Of a stretch of DNA of 64,000 nucleotides, positions 40,401-53,400 are shown in pieces. A program made the position numbers and the translations under genes. Origin of the DNA: Raillietiella orientalis (lineage: Eukaryota); contig JAYWIR010000004.1 of assembly GCA_036172245.1 (NCBI GenBank), positions 2,046,001 through 2,110,000 on the forward strand. The letters are read 5' to 3'. The notes beneath the pieces were generated by a model that ran no database searches, was not told the origin of the DNA, and saw only the letters and a program-made list of their open reading frames with translations. How positions within the stretch are numbered: position 1 is the first letter of the stretch; each line of letters starts with the position of its first letter.

Positions 40401-43051
40401 TTTAGTTATTTTCAAACTATTATTATTTTGTAGTTTCACTCTTTTACGCACTTTAAAGAGTACCTGTTATAAAGTGGTTCTCTATTCAGACTTGGATCTA
40501 AAAGTATAATATGCCCAATGAGAATAGGCCGTAGGAAGGTGCGAATTAATAAAGTAATTATACGGATATATTAATCATTTATACAAATAATCTTCGTTAG
40601 TCGACAAATCTAGAATCCAAGAAATTTCAATTTTCCATGTGAAAGGGATTTTTGATTTATTTTCAGAGCAAAATCTATAAAGACCTATAAATCTATGGAG
40701 ACGTTTTGATTAATACGACATGAAATCTGAGAATCAATATTTGGATTCAGCTTTTACTATTCTTTAAGAATGAACGTATTGACTTCCGTTAATTTTTGTT
40801 TTTTTTTTAATGTATTTTTGATCCTGATAAATGCTGTTTGGTAACATCCGTTCTCATTCGCTTGAAAATCTTACGCTAATCGTACGAAACCGAAAAACGC
40901 GCACATCGGCTAAAAGTACCGGTATTCTCATGTTGGCTGGGGTTAGGCTAGCTAGAGTAGGTTGGATAGATTTATAATTGCAAATGCATACGGAAATGTG
41001 CGACTGTCGTTTATAAAAAAGTAGCCAATGAATTCCACCTACCGCTTGTCGGACATGGGGAAATTGGTAGGTTTATAATTAGGAATATTGAATGATACTT
41101 TGGGTGAAACACTGAAATTCCATTCACATTCTTCGTGAATATTAAGAATGTTATAGAGTATGGTTGCGTTATCTAAGAGAAGAAACAGAACTTTTTGAAT
41201 GATGTATCTTTTTGCGAATATAAGGTGCAGCATATAAGGTGCAGTCCTTGAAAATTTAATTAACTATTAGTATGATGAAGCACTCTAAGCAGTGAATTCA
41301 ACAGTCAAGTCGATCCTAATGCGAGTATGCACTGAGAATCTTGTAAACCCAAGGTGCTGATTCATGAAGGAGCAAAGAAAAAATAAAGATATGATCAATA
41401 TTAGACATGCTTTCATTATGGGTTATTCTCTTTGTGCCTCATTTTACTCGTCAATATTGGCCATACAAAGGAAAAAGTGTAAAACATGGATTACATTCTT
41501 TCCGAGCATGAATGTACTATTGTCTAATTAAGCTAAGATCTATTACATACATCCTTTTATAAATCATTCTTTTATGAATCAGTATAAAAGAATTCTAAGA
41601 TAGCACTATTGAAAATGAAATATACCTTCCTTCAATTTTTTTTGTACACTAAGCGGTAAAAAATATATTTCTACTCGTAATCTACAATCAGTGAGTGCAC
41701 TTGGTAAAAGACTAAACATTTTTCATTATTAGCTCTATCATGGTTAATTGGCTAAAAGCATATCGAGGTTGCGTTTTAGATTCTATCAATAAAATAATTC
41801 CAAAAAGTAATGGAAGGAGGAGCACATATAAATACATGAGTAATTGTTATCTTGTTAATTTTGCTCGTAAAATGAGACATGTATGAATATCCATCCTTCT
41901 ACACATTATGGCATCCTGCAACATCAGGCATTGTATTTTGCAGACAGTTGCTCAAAGATTAAGTAAGGAGTTTTGTATGCAAGCTATTATTGATTGTGGT
42001 CAGGGAAAATGTATGCTATCTAAACGTGTACGAGACATCTTTGGTTAGCGTAAGGAAAGTGAACTTTGCACGTGAACTTACATACCGGTCAGGAATTCCA
42101 TGCATACCGCAAAAACACACAAAAACAAAAATACAATTACCAATTACGAATTGAAGTGTGATACACCGTATGTAAAGAAATATTGCAGTGCCCACAAAAC
42201 TTCACGAAAATGACGTAATGAGGTAATCTAATGCCATTATGTTTATGGTGTTTAAACCAGTCAAGTAAGTATTACTTAATCATTGCGTCTAATAAAAGAA
42301 CATATAATTAATAAAGCCGTAATTGGGATACGTGTAGTAATATTTATGCAGCACAGGTAATTGTGCATGGCTTGTAAACAGTTTGCACCAAGAGACAATT
42401 TAAGACACCAATATAAGACAATTACGTTGTGGTTCACATGGATGAAGTCAAATAGACAACAATGGGAAATTATCCATTCAATCATATGTGCTGTGCATAA
42501 AATTTTGTGAAATAAATGTTTGAGTAAAACATGAATGCTTTTTCACTTCTAATTACCTTTTCACAGATTGCAGAGTTTAGGATTTTTTTTTTTTTGTTAT
42601 CCAGCCTTTCAAAAAATTGATTTCTAGAGTTTTTAGCTTCAGAACTGCAGCCTAAACAAAAGACTACATAAGTACTGCATTACATATGCCAAAGCAAAAG
42701 AGGGTCAAGCATACTTCTACATTTTTCATTAACAGAAGGAACTCAGCAATCAATCAATCAGTTACAATACAACTATTAGCTAGTATCAGAAAATAATCTC
42801 AAATAAAAGTAAGTTGTCTTATATGATGGCATTTTTATGGATTGCTCTAATTCAAAGCTTGTGCAGACAAGCAATGTTATCAAATGCTGGTACATTTAGG
42901 TATATTAACTGCCTTCAATTTTGATTCTTTAGATTTCTCATGAGTTTGCTTTTAAAACCTTATGTTTTCAATTCTGCTCTGATCAGGAAAAAATGTATCT
43001 TCCATTGTGTTCCTATCTTGTGGATTTAAAAACAATTATACAGCAATTATC

Positions 43052-43761
43052 CTACTTTATGGAGTTTAAGGAGTTTGAAGAATGCTGTACACAAATAAAA
43101 ACAAATAACTAATTTTCTCTACATTTGGGTTTCACTTACTGAACAAGGTTGAACAGGACTACCAGACAAAGAGACCAACAACTCATCAGGTCTGGCAGTT
43201 CGAATGCTGCTTGCATTAAGGGGCTTGCCAGCAGAAAATTTGAGAGCAATTAAATGTAGCTCCTTGAAATATGGTGTATACACACGTTCACTATCCTATT
43301 TGAGAATAACTAAGGTTCACTCAATTGAAGAAATATGATCAATTAACTGTGCCATAAAGTGTCCTGAGTATATTTCCTTGGTTGTCAACATGCAGCATAT
43401 CTTGATTGGTCACAGATGCCAATGCAGGTGATGACACAGGGAGTACATCACTTTCCACTTTGTGCTGAATCTCAGTTAATATAGTATTGATCCAATGATA
43501 TGCAAAACCTTTTTCCACAATTCTTCCAATGTGCACTGCAGATCCTTTTCTGGAATCATAGAAATTTCACCTTGCATAATGTGATCTATATCCATTTTAA
43601 AAGTTTGCAGGTTTCTTCTCAAATTGGCAATTATACCAGTGGCTAAAACATACCATTAGACCTTGGCATTACAGCAAAAAAACACCTTCATGTTTAAATG
43701 CTTGCATTATTGCACGGTGTTGGGAAGTACACGTTTTTTTACGCTTGCTTCGTCTTTCCAT
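43052..43761 (-). CDS. Short Borealin (CDCA8/Nbl1 family)-like protein, about 171 aa
   Basis: Exons 43761-43686, 43642-43509, 43464-43348, 43295-43140, 43084-43052, separated by GT-AG introns of 43, 44, 52 and 55 nt, all phase-compatible. The N-terminal helix AIMQAFKHEATGIIANLRRNLQTFKMDIDHIMQGEISMIPEKDLQCTLEELW resembles the Borealin N-terminal domain. RTARPDELLVSLSGSPV resembles the conserved R..E..S.nGSP motif. The 3' end is uncertain. Confidence 0.7.
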
Positions 43762-44799
43762 ATTGCAAACCTGTCTCAGATTTTGGATTATTCGAAGGCT
43801 GAAGTGTTCTTACTAACTGTCTTTATGGTTAAAAGTTCGTATAGCTATTTAATACATGATTAATACATGAACGAAAATGAAATTAAATGAATTTGTTATT
43901 TCACACAGTGAAAATAATAAGAAAAGCATGAATCAAGATCCAAACAAAATTCTAAACAAAAAATACACCATCTTTCAATTTATTTGAGGAATTCACACAA
44001 ATGATTCAAATTCAAAATAAAACATTTCAAATATCCTCGCAAAATCATTTTTTCCCAACTGAAATCAATGGTTGCATTTAATTTGTGCCTATATGCAATT
44101 GAAAATTGCTTTTTCCTTTAATTTCGTTGGGCTAATAGTTTACTTATCAAAACACTTATGTTTCTATGCATCATATTTTCAACAGTTTATAATTAGTTTC
44201 TTAAATGAATTCAATATGGGCACCCGTGCAATTTCCGGTGGCTTGATTACATAATTCGACGGTGAGTTTTTTTGTACATTTTGCATGAGCCACAACCAAA
44301 GCCAAAGCCATAAGCCAAAAGCCAGTTTTAAACTAGATTCCTGTTGTATGCGACTTAAAAAGCCGCCCTTTAGTTATGCGCTTGTGCAGTTAGTAAGAAC
44401 AAATCCTCGTTTTGGATATGCTAATGGCTAAATCATGGTATATTATAATATACAGTTATGAATAATTTCGAATTTATTAATGCTCCTAAAAATTTTGCAA
44501 TTTCCCTTATATTTACACAGTTTTTCCGCGTGGAATTTTTTAAAACGAATTTACTTGTAATCTCAGGAGTACCTGTAAAATAAATCCAGAAGAATAAGGT
44601 TTTTTCATCGTATTGCAAAAGATTTTGGCAGCCTTATTTAGGATTTGAATTAGTTTCATTTTTGTAGTTCCACTTAAAAGAAGCTTTTACGACCCCTAAC
44701 GTATCATGCTAAATCTGATAAGGATATATCTTTATTCTACTATAAAACATAAGTTGGATTCATCTGACGGAGCCATACATTATATGTGATTGATATTTT

Positions 44800-47000
44800 T
44801 GAATCTCCCATAATATCCTATTTATCCAAACAGTTTGAATCCTGTTCCCTTGATCTACGATCTCCATCTGCATTAGCACTGTAAAGTGTTGCTACTAAGA
44901 ACTGAAGTTACTGCCATTCTGCTTCATTTCTCCCTTTTACACCTATTTCTCATATATTCTGCAATGAACATATCCAATACTAACACCCAGAACAAGACTC
45001 CCCAGTAAAATATACTATACGATATATTTAATTGCCACATTACTGCTTGTCTTCACAGCTACCGTTTACGGATCCATTACTTAATTGCAAGCCTCGCTAT
45101 AGATAAAAGCACGGGAAAAGCCTGATCCCACTTTATCTAAGGTCTATCGCCAAAACTCTAAAGAATTTATGCTACAATACAACCATATAAAGAAAAACAT
45201 TTGGTTTCCAAATTTTTTCTATCGATCACATGTTGAAACCTATAATCTGAAAGAAGATCTCTTTTTATAATTCTGTTGCTGTTCAATGATTCATGTATAT
45301 CTTGAACAACTACTGTATCTACATCCCTTTTCCAATCATTTACATCTTACCCCTAAGTAGGTGATTTCATTTGAAAATTTCTCTTTCCTTTACAAAGCAC
45401 AGGATACTGATTAATCAGCTGATTATCACATGCACTTTCTTAAGTACACAACATTTCTACTGAGAATCCACAGGGCCAGCACAAAATATTTTATCTTTCA
45501 TATCTTTCATATATCTGGAAAGACTCATTCATTTTTTAGCTGTCTCCATTGCTCTAAGGATAGGAAATGCACGTAAACAAATTGGTCCGAATAGATGAAC
45601 ATATCAATAGTTTTCCAAATCATCGATTTCATAATCAAGCTCTAAGGCGTAAAGTCAAATTTAGAGAAGAAGCGCAAATCAATTCATTCCATTACTTTTG
45701 CGATCAGTCCTATAATTCTTTGTTTTCTTTCTCTATCCTTTTTCAATTTAAATTTAAATGCAAAGGTATTTTATGTTTATATTCAAGGATCAGTAAAACT
45801 GTGCTAACTGAAACCAACATGTTTCCTAGCAGAAGATCAAATCATCCATAAATTTATTATGTACCTTTTTTTCAATTTTCCAAGTTCCTAATAAAAAACT
45901 CGGAACACTAAATATTCTCATGTCCAAGTTAGCCATTAATTATTCCTCGAAAGAGGTGCAATCTACAACATCTGATACCCTTTGGATGAAGTCAAAGTGA
46001 GAATCAAGAAAACTATCAAATCTGATAGGAATGGAAACCAAGTTTTATGGATTTTCTTTCGAACAAGCTGCAAAGCATTTGTCTCAGTATGCGTGCTCAA
46101 ATGGTGGACACCTCAAGGCTTCTGCTGTTAAGTCTCTATAATCATTCTGAAAGATTCTACAAGATAATAACCAACAATGAATTAAATCATTGCCTTCATT
46201 TTTGAGTTATAATTGCTTCCGAGCCATTATCTTCGTGATAAGTCGCTATGAAAAAAATAATGTCATTGATATTAGATCTCCAAATGCCATAAATGACAAT
46301 GAATTCTTTATTATTTCCTCACTAATGTGCTAATTTCAATTCACAGGCTTAAATGTCATAAAGATTTTTTATTTTGCGGGAATCTTAAGTAAATTCTGCG
46401 AATCATCATTTCTATTTCTATTTAGTTCGATAAATGTTCTATGGCCATAAGATTTTAAGCACTTTTGCTATTTGAATGGTTAATTCTAAAGACCTGTTCA
46501 GCCAGGCAGAGGCAATTATCCTTATACCACATTCTTCTACTATCTTAGATGCATCAAATTCGTTAACACTATGTCTTAAGACGAGACTTTATTATATCAC
46601 ATCAATTCTTATAGTCAGAAACAAGTTTTCTTTCAGTATTTTTTCTTCCAGGACCCGTCATCTTCTTTCACATCATCCTATTCAATTGGAAAAAGTGTGT
46701 TTCCTATGATAATTCTACTACATACTTTTTATTATTACACTGCGATTTATTGTTTGTGATTACACCTTTATTGGGAGCATAAATGCCGACACAAGACGTT
46801 ATTTCACCTTCATCATCACATAATTACCATCTTTATTAAGATGAATCTCTTCACCTCATGGATGTATTCGTGTCGAAGGTCTCTGGAGGTAAACCTCTGC
46901 ATCACGATCTAGGTTTTCGCAGTCGGAATAATTACTGTTCAGAAGAACAAATATATTGAACATATGTTTTGTGAGAGCTTCATATTTCTGTCCAATTTGA
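44800..47000 (-). mobile_element. Degraded L1/Tx1-like non-LTR retrotransposon ORF2 remnant
   Basis: Broken minus-strand motifs in order. Endonuclease-like NKDGNYVMMKV, VGIYAPN and RIIIG, then RT-like AGP-GFSVE (cf. PGPDGF), DYR..IDRKI and LAID..DKV. Many stops and frameshifts. Boundaries are approximate. Confidence 0.5.
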
Positions 47001-49909
47001 AACAAAGAATTAATTTGAAAGGATTGCATACAATGGATAACTTGAGTTTTCCAAATATTCCAACTCCAGTTTGTATACAGAAAGATTTTCTTTTCATAGC
47101 TTTCACTTACGAGTTTGGAATGATGAGAATACACGTTAAGAACTTCAAACACTTAGGTTGGAACATAGATGGAGGCAGGGAGGAAAAAATGACTTTTATG
47201 CACAACTTTGGCAGTATCCTTTCGCTTGATTCAAAGGTCTTAGGGATAATTCTCCTGATTTCTCAGCTAGTTACTGGTTTGTGCCAGTTCCTGTACCTTT
47301 ATAAACATTTATAATTTTGTGAGAGATGCATAAGAAGATTCTCTGCTGCTAAAGCTTTTCTGGCACTTAAATCATTTTTTTTTTTTCCGGTTACTCCAGA
47401 TCACAGATGATCACAGCATTCACAACAGATGATACATTTTTTTATAGAGCTCATTTTTTTAGCTGATACAATTCATTGGCAGATAATAAATACAATCTAT
47501 ATTACGTTAATGTACCTTTTTTCTATAATCGAAATTTTTATTATTTAAAAGGATTCATATCTAGGTTTTGTCTTTTTTTTATAAACGGAACTGGTGTTTC
47601 TCTGTCTGTTTAGTAGTTTTTTTCGTATGTTGGGGCTTGTTATGCTTGAATTTAGTAATTTTTTTCAGAATTTCAACCAAACCAAGAATTTCAATCTACT
47701 TTGAGTCTGTCCACAAGATTTGTACAATGTTTTGTTACGATCTGAGTGTTTCAAGTGAGTTTATTATTTCTATTTTTCGTTTTTGTTCCTATTTGTTGAT
47801 CCGGGATTCCATTGAGTGGGATTGTCTTGTTTTCGCCGTTTGTTTCTATCAATAATTTGTAATTAATTTGAGCTGCCTTGTGGTCGAAACATTATAGATC
47901 ATCTATTGGAGATGCATCGTTACCATTTCAAATGCAACTCGCTCCGAAACTTATTAAACTTTATGTTGCTTATTTGTTTGCTAAAAATTTGCTTTGAATC
48001 TACAAAAAACTTTGATTGTAGAATATCTTTTATTTCCAATGTTTTTCCTCATCATATCTTGACAAGCATGATAATAAGCAACATTATTGTTATTAGTGCG
48101 TATTAACGATTGCTGCTGTGTGATGCTTATGGTGAGTAAGCTTACTCATTCGTAATCGAAACGCTCGTAGTTTCTGTGGTGACTTAGAAGTGTGACTTTT
48201 ATTTTTTCATGCGGATGTTGAGTCTCTTTCCCTATGAGATTAGTAAGTGCTAGCACATTTGAATAAATGACTTTCTAATTACGTTGCTATTGTCATTATT
48301 TGGAATAAACATTGAGGACAGTTTATCAGCTTAAAGGAAATAGTGCCTTTATGGAGTAATACGATGGCTTTGAAGTAAAGTTTATGATATTTATTTTTAG
48401 GGGTTTGCACCGAGCTGAATGTCTCTGCTGAAAAGAATTTAAATGTGACATGGAATAACGGCAATACTTAGGTAATTTTGTAAAATGCTTTAACGGTGTA
48501 TAAGCTTCTGATAGAATGAATATTAAAGTAGGTATTGTTAGTGAATTTTTCAGTTTGCAAATTGAGTGTCAAACGTTGTTTACAGTTGAGAGTAACAAGT
48601 AAAGTTTTCTCATAATTTGGATCTGTTCACTATTATTCTTCATTATTTCCTGTGAAATTAACCCCTTTTATGGCCTTGACGAATCTACTGGCAGGATGGT
48701 TTTATTCTATTCATAAAAATGACTATCAAGGTGTTAACCACGTTATGTGACATGTTTTGACATCTACTGTATTTGATTGCGAAGTTCCAGTGTATTCACG
48801 TGAAGTCATCAGTAGGAATTTGTAACATCATCATTCTGATTTACGAATGATGTATTGTAGATATGCGGATAGTCAGAAGCTTGATTCTTTCAACGTTTGC
48901 AAACATTAAATGATATTATTCTATCTACCTGTTTGATAATTTTTGGTGCATGTTTTCTAAATATGTGCAAATTTGTCTGAATCCGGTTAATTGACTCTTA
49001 AGATTTACGTGTAATTTTGTTTCCTTCGGCGTTCATGTATATTTTAGAAATGTGAAAGAATCAAAACTGTCTGTAAGCCATTATTGTTTGGTTGTATGGT
49101 AAAATGTTCGACTTATATAATATAAAATAACAGGATTTTATTTTGGAAAATTGAAAAACTCTTGGTTATCAAAGGTTCTCATGTTTCAACACTCCCCAAA
49201 TTTCCAGTTGATTAAGAATGCTACAAACTACAAACTACAGATGCTACAATAGTTGGACAAATATGTGTGATTGGAGTCCTGTGTGCCTTCTTTTTTAATG
49301 TAATACATTATAATAGGCTATTGACAGTAGGTTTTACCTTGAATGTCCTCAATTGCAGGAGTTTGTTAGTAATCATTCTGTATCTTTAAGTGATGCATAA
49401 ATAAAGGTTTATTGTCTGTGCAGCTTGCATTTCTTGTCTGGATAAAAGCTTATGGATTTGTGGAAATTTACATGTTGCAGAAGTGGAAACTGAGGCTGGT
49501 GCATGCTTTAGGTTATTAATGTTTCAAGAATCATTACATTTTCCTCTTTCATATGGAAAAATCCTGCACCGAGTCAAGCACCTATCTTGCACTAAACATA
49601 ATTGGGAGTTTTGATTCATTTTTCATTAATTTTCCTCATTTTTTTGGACTTTAAATTTGCTGTTATAATTAATCTTCAAGAGAGTAAACAATTCTGTGAA
49701 GTATTTGGACCTGCAAATTATCTATCCAGTATTTTTCCATCATTTCTTGTTTGTGAAAAATTCATTTGCCATTCAGTAAGGATATAAAGTTAAGAGCCAT
49801 TAAGCCATTAATGTTTGACTAGTTAAGATGAATTTTCAATGCAAATTAGTCATTTCCGTACACATAGAGCTAATCCGTTGATGTAATGTGTTATGATGTA
49901 ATGTATCGG

Positions 49910-49987
49910 ATGTATTGGTCAGTTGGAAAATTCAGCAAAAGCATTGATGTAAATGCTTTCTTTGAATTTTTCAACTGATCAATACAT
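49910..49987 (+). repeat. Long near-perfect inverted repeat (about 36-bp stem, 6-nt loop)
   Basis: atgtattggtcagttggaaaattca pairs with tgaatttttcaactgatcaatacat (25 bp, two G-T). The inner aaagcatt/aatgcttt stem closes loop gatgta. Confidence 0.9.
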
Positions 49988-50489
49988 ATATAAGTGCATT
50001 TCAACATTGAATATAATATAAGCTTGAAAAGTGACTTCATATTTCTGAACACATCATTGTGTGGATATAGAAGATATGAAGTCTATGGAGTGCATGCATT
50101 TAATTAAATTATAAATTGTGAGTTTGCACATATATCAGTTCTTGTTTGCTTTCACATAGCTAACCAACTTGAGCAATTTGTCTACAGTATACGATAATAT
50201 AATTTTAACATTTGTATAATTAAGAATTAGTTGTTTTGTTGTATAATACTCTGTTGCATAATTATGTGGAAAAATTAATCTGAAAAATTTTAGCTTGTGT
50301 GTTCGATATTGGCATTACTACAATGCAAATTGTATAATTTCAGAGATGTAATATATTACTGTAATTTTAGGGGTAGAAGATCTGCAGACTTCTTTGTATA
50401 TCCCGTTAAGTATGTATCTCAAATATGGTTCCTAGCAAGCCAAGCCCTTAAATATCTAATTTGCCACTTGGCCCATTTCCTGTAATAGA

Positions 50490-53400
50490 ATGTCATCAAA
50501 ATCAAGAGATATTGATGGTATTTACATCTAATGTCAGCAATTATTTCTGTGTGAATTTTTACAGAAAATATTCGTATGTGCCTGGGAGACAGTATTAGAA
50601 TATTGTATAGGTCAGTTATGAAAATGGAAACAAAACCTGACAAATTAGAAAACAGACTATTGGTAAGTGCATATTTATGGTTCAAGGATATGAAACACTA
50701 TATATTGTAGGTGTTCTCCACTTTTCGTTTGTTTGTGTTGCTGTCTAGAATACCAGCTAAGGTATGTATGTATGTCATAAGAAGAAAATTATCAACTTAT
50801 ATCCAGGTAGATTTCAATTTCCATTATTTAGATATTCAGGCACTAGAGAGCAAAAAAACGAATCTTGTAAGTAAAGCCAAAGCATTTTAGCATTTGTATA
50901 TCTGATGAAAGATGTAATTTGGTTTCTAGCTAACTTTAACCATTCATGATCGTCAGTATAACTTTTATTCTTTGGAAGAGGGTAGTCAAGAAATAGATAT
51001 CATAATTCAGCATGTTGTGATTTCCCTTTGTCGCATTTTCCCTTCAGTTCCTATAAGGTATAACTGTAAGAACATATGCAGAAATACAATTACATATTAT
51101 TTCAGCTCACTTATTGACTCTGTGGAAGTGGCACCATTTAGTAGAATCTCATTTTTGGAAGAAGGAAATTATTCCAAAGAAGTAGGACCTTGTGGAGGCT
51201 TTTCTTTGCAGTATGCTTGTATGTGTGATTATCATGGGTTACCATATAGAGAGGAAGTAGCATGGGTAAGTATTATAATTCGTATACTAGTTCCAGCTTC
51301 TTTTTTAGGATGTGGATACTATTTATCTATCCCATGAATCCCGGGAAATGTGCCTCAAGGATTTTGAGCAGTTAGATGCAAAGTAAAGTAAAATGCAATA
51401 TTTAGCTTTCTGACTTGGAGATTTAGGGATCTTCGACCAATCCTGTCTGCTTTGGAATATAACACTTGGTTTTGCAGTGTGAATGCCAAAGAAACTCGTT
51501 TGACAAGTGATCTTTTAGAGCGTCTTGTAATTCTTGTGAAGAAATCCAGTACTTTGGAAGAATTACATTTAGCAGGCTGTAGCTTGCGAGTGTAAGTTGC
51601 TGGTCAGTTTATCAGTCTGTATCAGTAAAATCTGTAGAGATTTTGTAAGCAAGTTGTCTCATGCTGTGCAGGTTAATGAAAAATGTGCACTTCACTGTCT
51701 GGATCTATCCAATAATAATATGGAAGATAAAGGTTAAAGGATAGTTGAACAACAATAGTCTGATTTATTTTGTTAGGTGCATTTTATTTATCAACCTTAT
51801 GTGGTAAATTAAGTAGTATTACAGTCCTGAATTTATCCCGGTGCAATTTGACATCCAAAGGTGCTAACTTAATTGGGCAAGCTCTTATGAATAATACAGC
51901 TGCTGCATCTTCTCTGGTGCAGCTCATTTTATCTCATAATAATCTGCGTGAAGATTTAAGTGTAAGTGTTTGCTAAATAGCCCTGTTTGATTCTTGCATT
52001 ATAATAGGGGTTGAACTCTTTTTTAGCACAGCCTAATAAAATAGCCATTTTGGATTTGTCTTTCACTGATTGTTCCTTGGAGGCGGTGAGACAATTTCTA
52101 TGAGACATTTAAAAGTTTTTGCCATGTAGCTTTTCAGTGCCCTGGCTCGAGGGTGTTTAGTGCATTTGGAACAACTTAATTTATCTGGGAATACATTTAA
52201 TCAAAGGAAAGGAAAAGAAATCCCTCAGTCTTTCAAACGGTTCTTTACTAGTTGTTTGGTCCTTCGCCATATTGGATTTGCAAATTGTCGGCTAGGAAGT
52301 GAGGCCCTCAAGTGAGCTTGCATCTAACAGATTGGGACATATCAATTTGCAGACATTTACTTCTTGGTCTCGCATTTAATGAGAGCACCTCAGATGTGAA
52401 TTTGGACCTCAGCAGTAATGCTTTAGGATGTACTGGGGCTCATGTATTGGAATCATGCCTGCATGGAGTAGCATGCTTGAGTAGTGTGGACCTGACTGAT
52501 AATGGTGAAAAGTTTGCATGCAGACTGCTGTAACATTTTTGTTCAGGTCTTGAAGGCGACTTGGCTGAGATCATCATCTCGGCAAGTCGTAACAAATCTC
52601 TCAGGAAATTTAACTTGAGCCACAATCTGCTGTTCACAAAGACCAAGCATTTGGCATCCGTCATTGATGCTTTGGTCCAGCTCTTACAAGATGAGGGTAG
52701 TCATGTGAACTGGCTCTCTCTTGCAGATTGCCGTCTCAGGAATTCTCTTTATAGTCTGATAAATGCACTTGGTAGTAATCAAAGCTTGGTGTATTTGGAT
52801 GTAAGGTTCGTATCAAATTATGTGAGACCATGGTTATTTTCTGATTCAGTGGCAACCAGATTGGTGATGCAGGTGCACGCCTCTTAGGAAAGGCACTTCA
52901 AATCAATACTCAGTTACACACACTTGTCTGTGATCAAAATAGCATAACATTAGCTGGATTCCATGATCTCGCTTATGCTCTTGAGAGGTGCAGTAACGTA
53001 TCTGTTGTCTCCGAGATTGTCTTTGTAGTAATCATACCTTGTGCTACCTTCCTTACCCCATTCATGATGTCATGGCTTCCATGAAAGTTATGCCCGATCG
53101 TACAGAATCGGTTATAGCACATATTCAGCAACAGCTTCAGAGAAATGGAACACCAGGCTATCAGAGAAGTCAACAGCTTTGTCGATTGCAGCAAAGTTTC
53201 CTGTCCAGCTCTGTACAGCAATTGGCGGATCGTCTTCTTGCTCATCTTCATGATTTGGTAAGCAGTGCCCATGCAGATGAAGACATAGAATTGTATCTCA
53301 AAGAAGCTGAAAAGCTGAAACAGGTAATTAAAAAAAAATCCTTCGTAGTTCTTCTTAAGAACGTATTCAGCTGCCAGATCAGTTACATTCCGTCGTGCTT

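Noticed and set aside
43339..43536. ORF-track peptide resembling an ionotropic receptor segment (RIVEKGFAYHW)
   Set aside because: That part is out of frame or intronic in the better-supported Borealin-like model.
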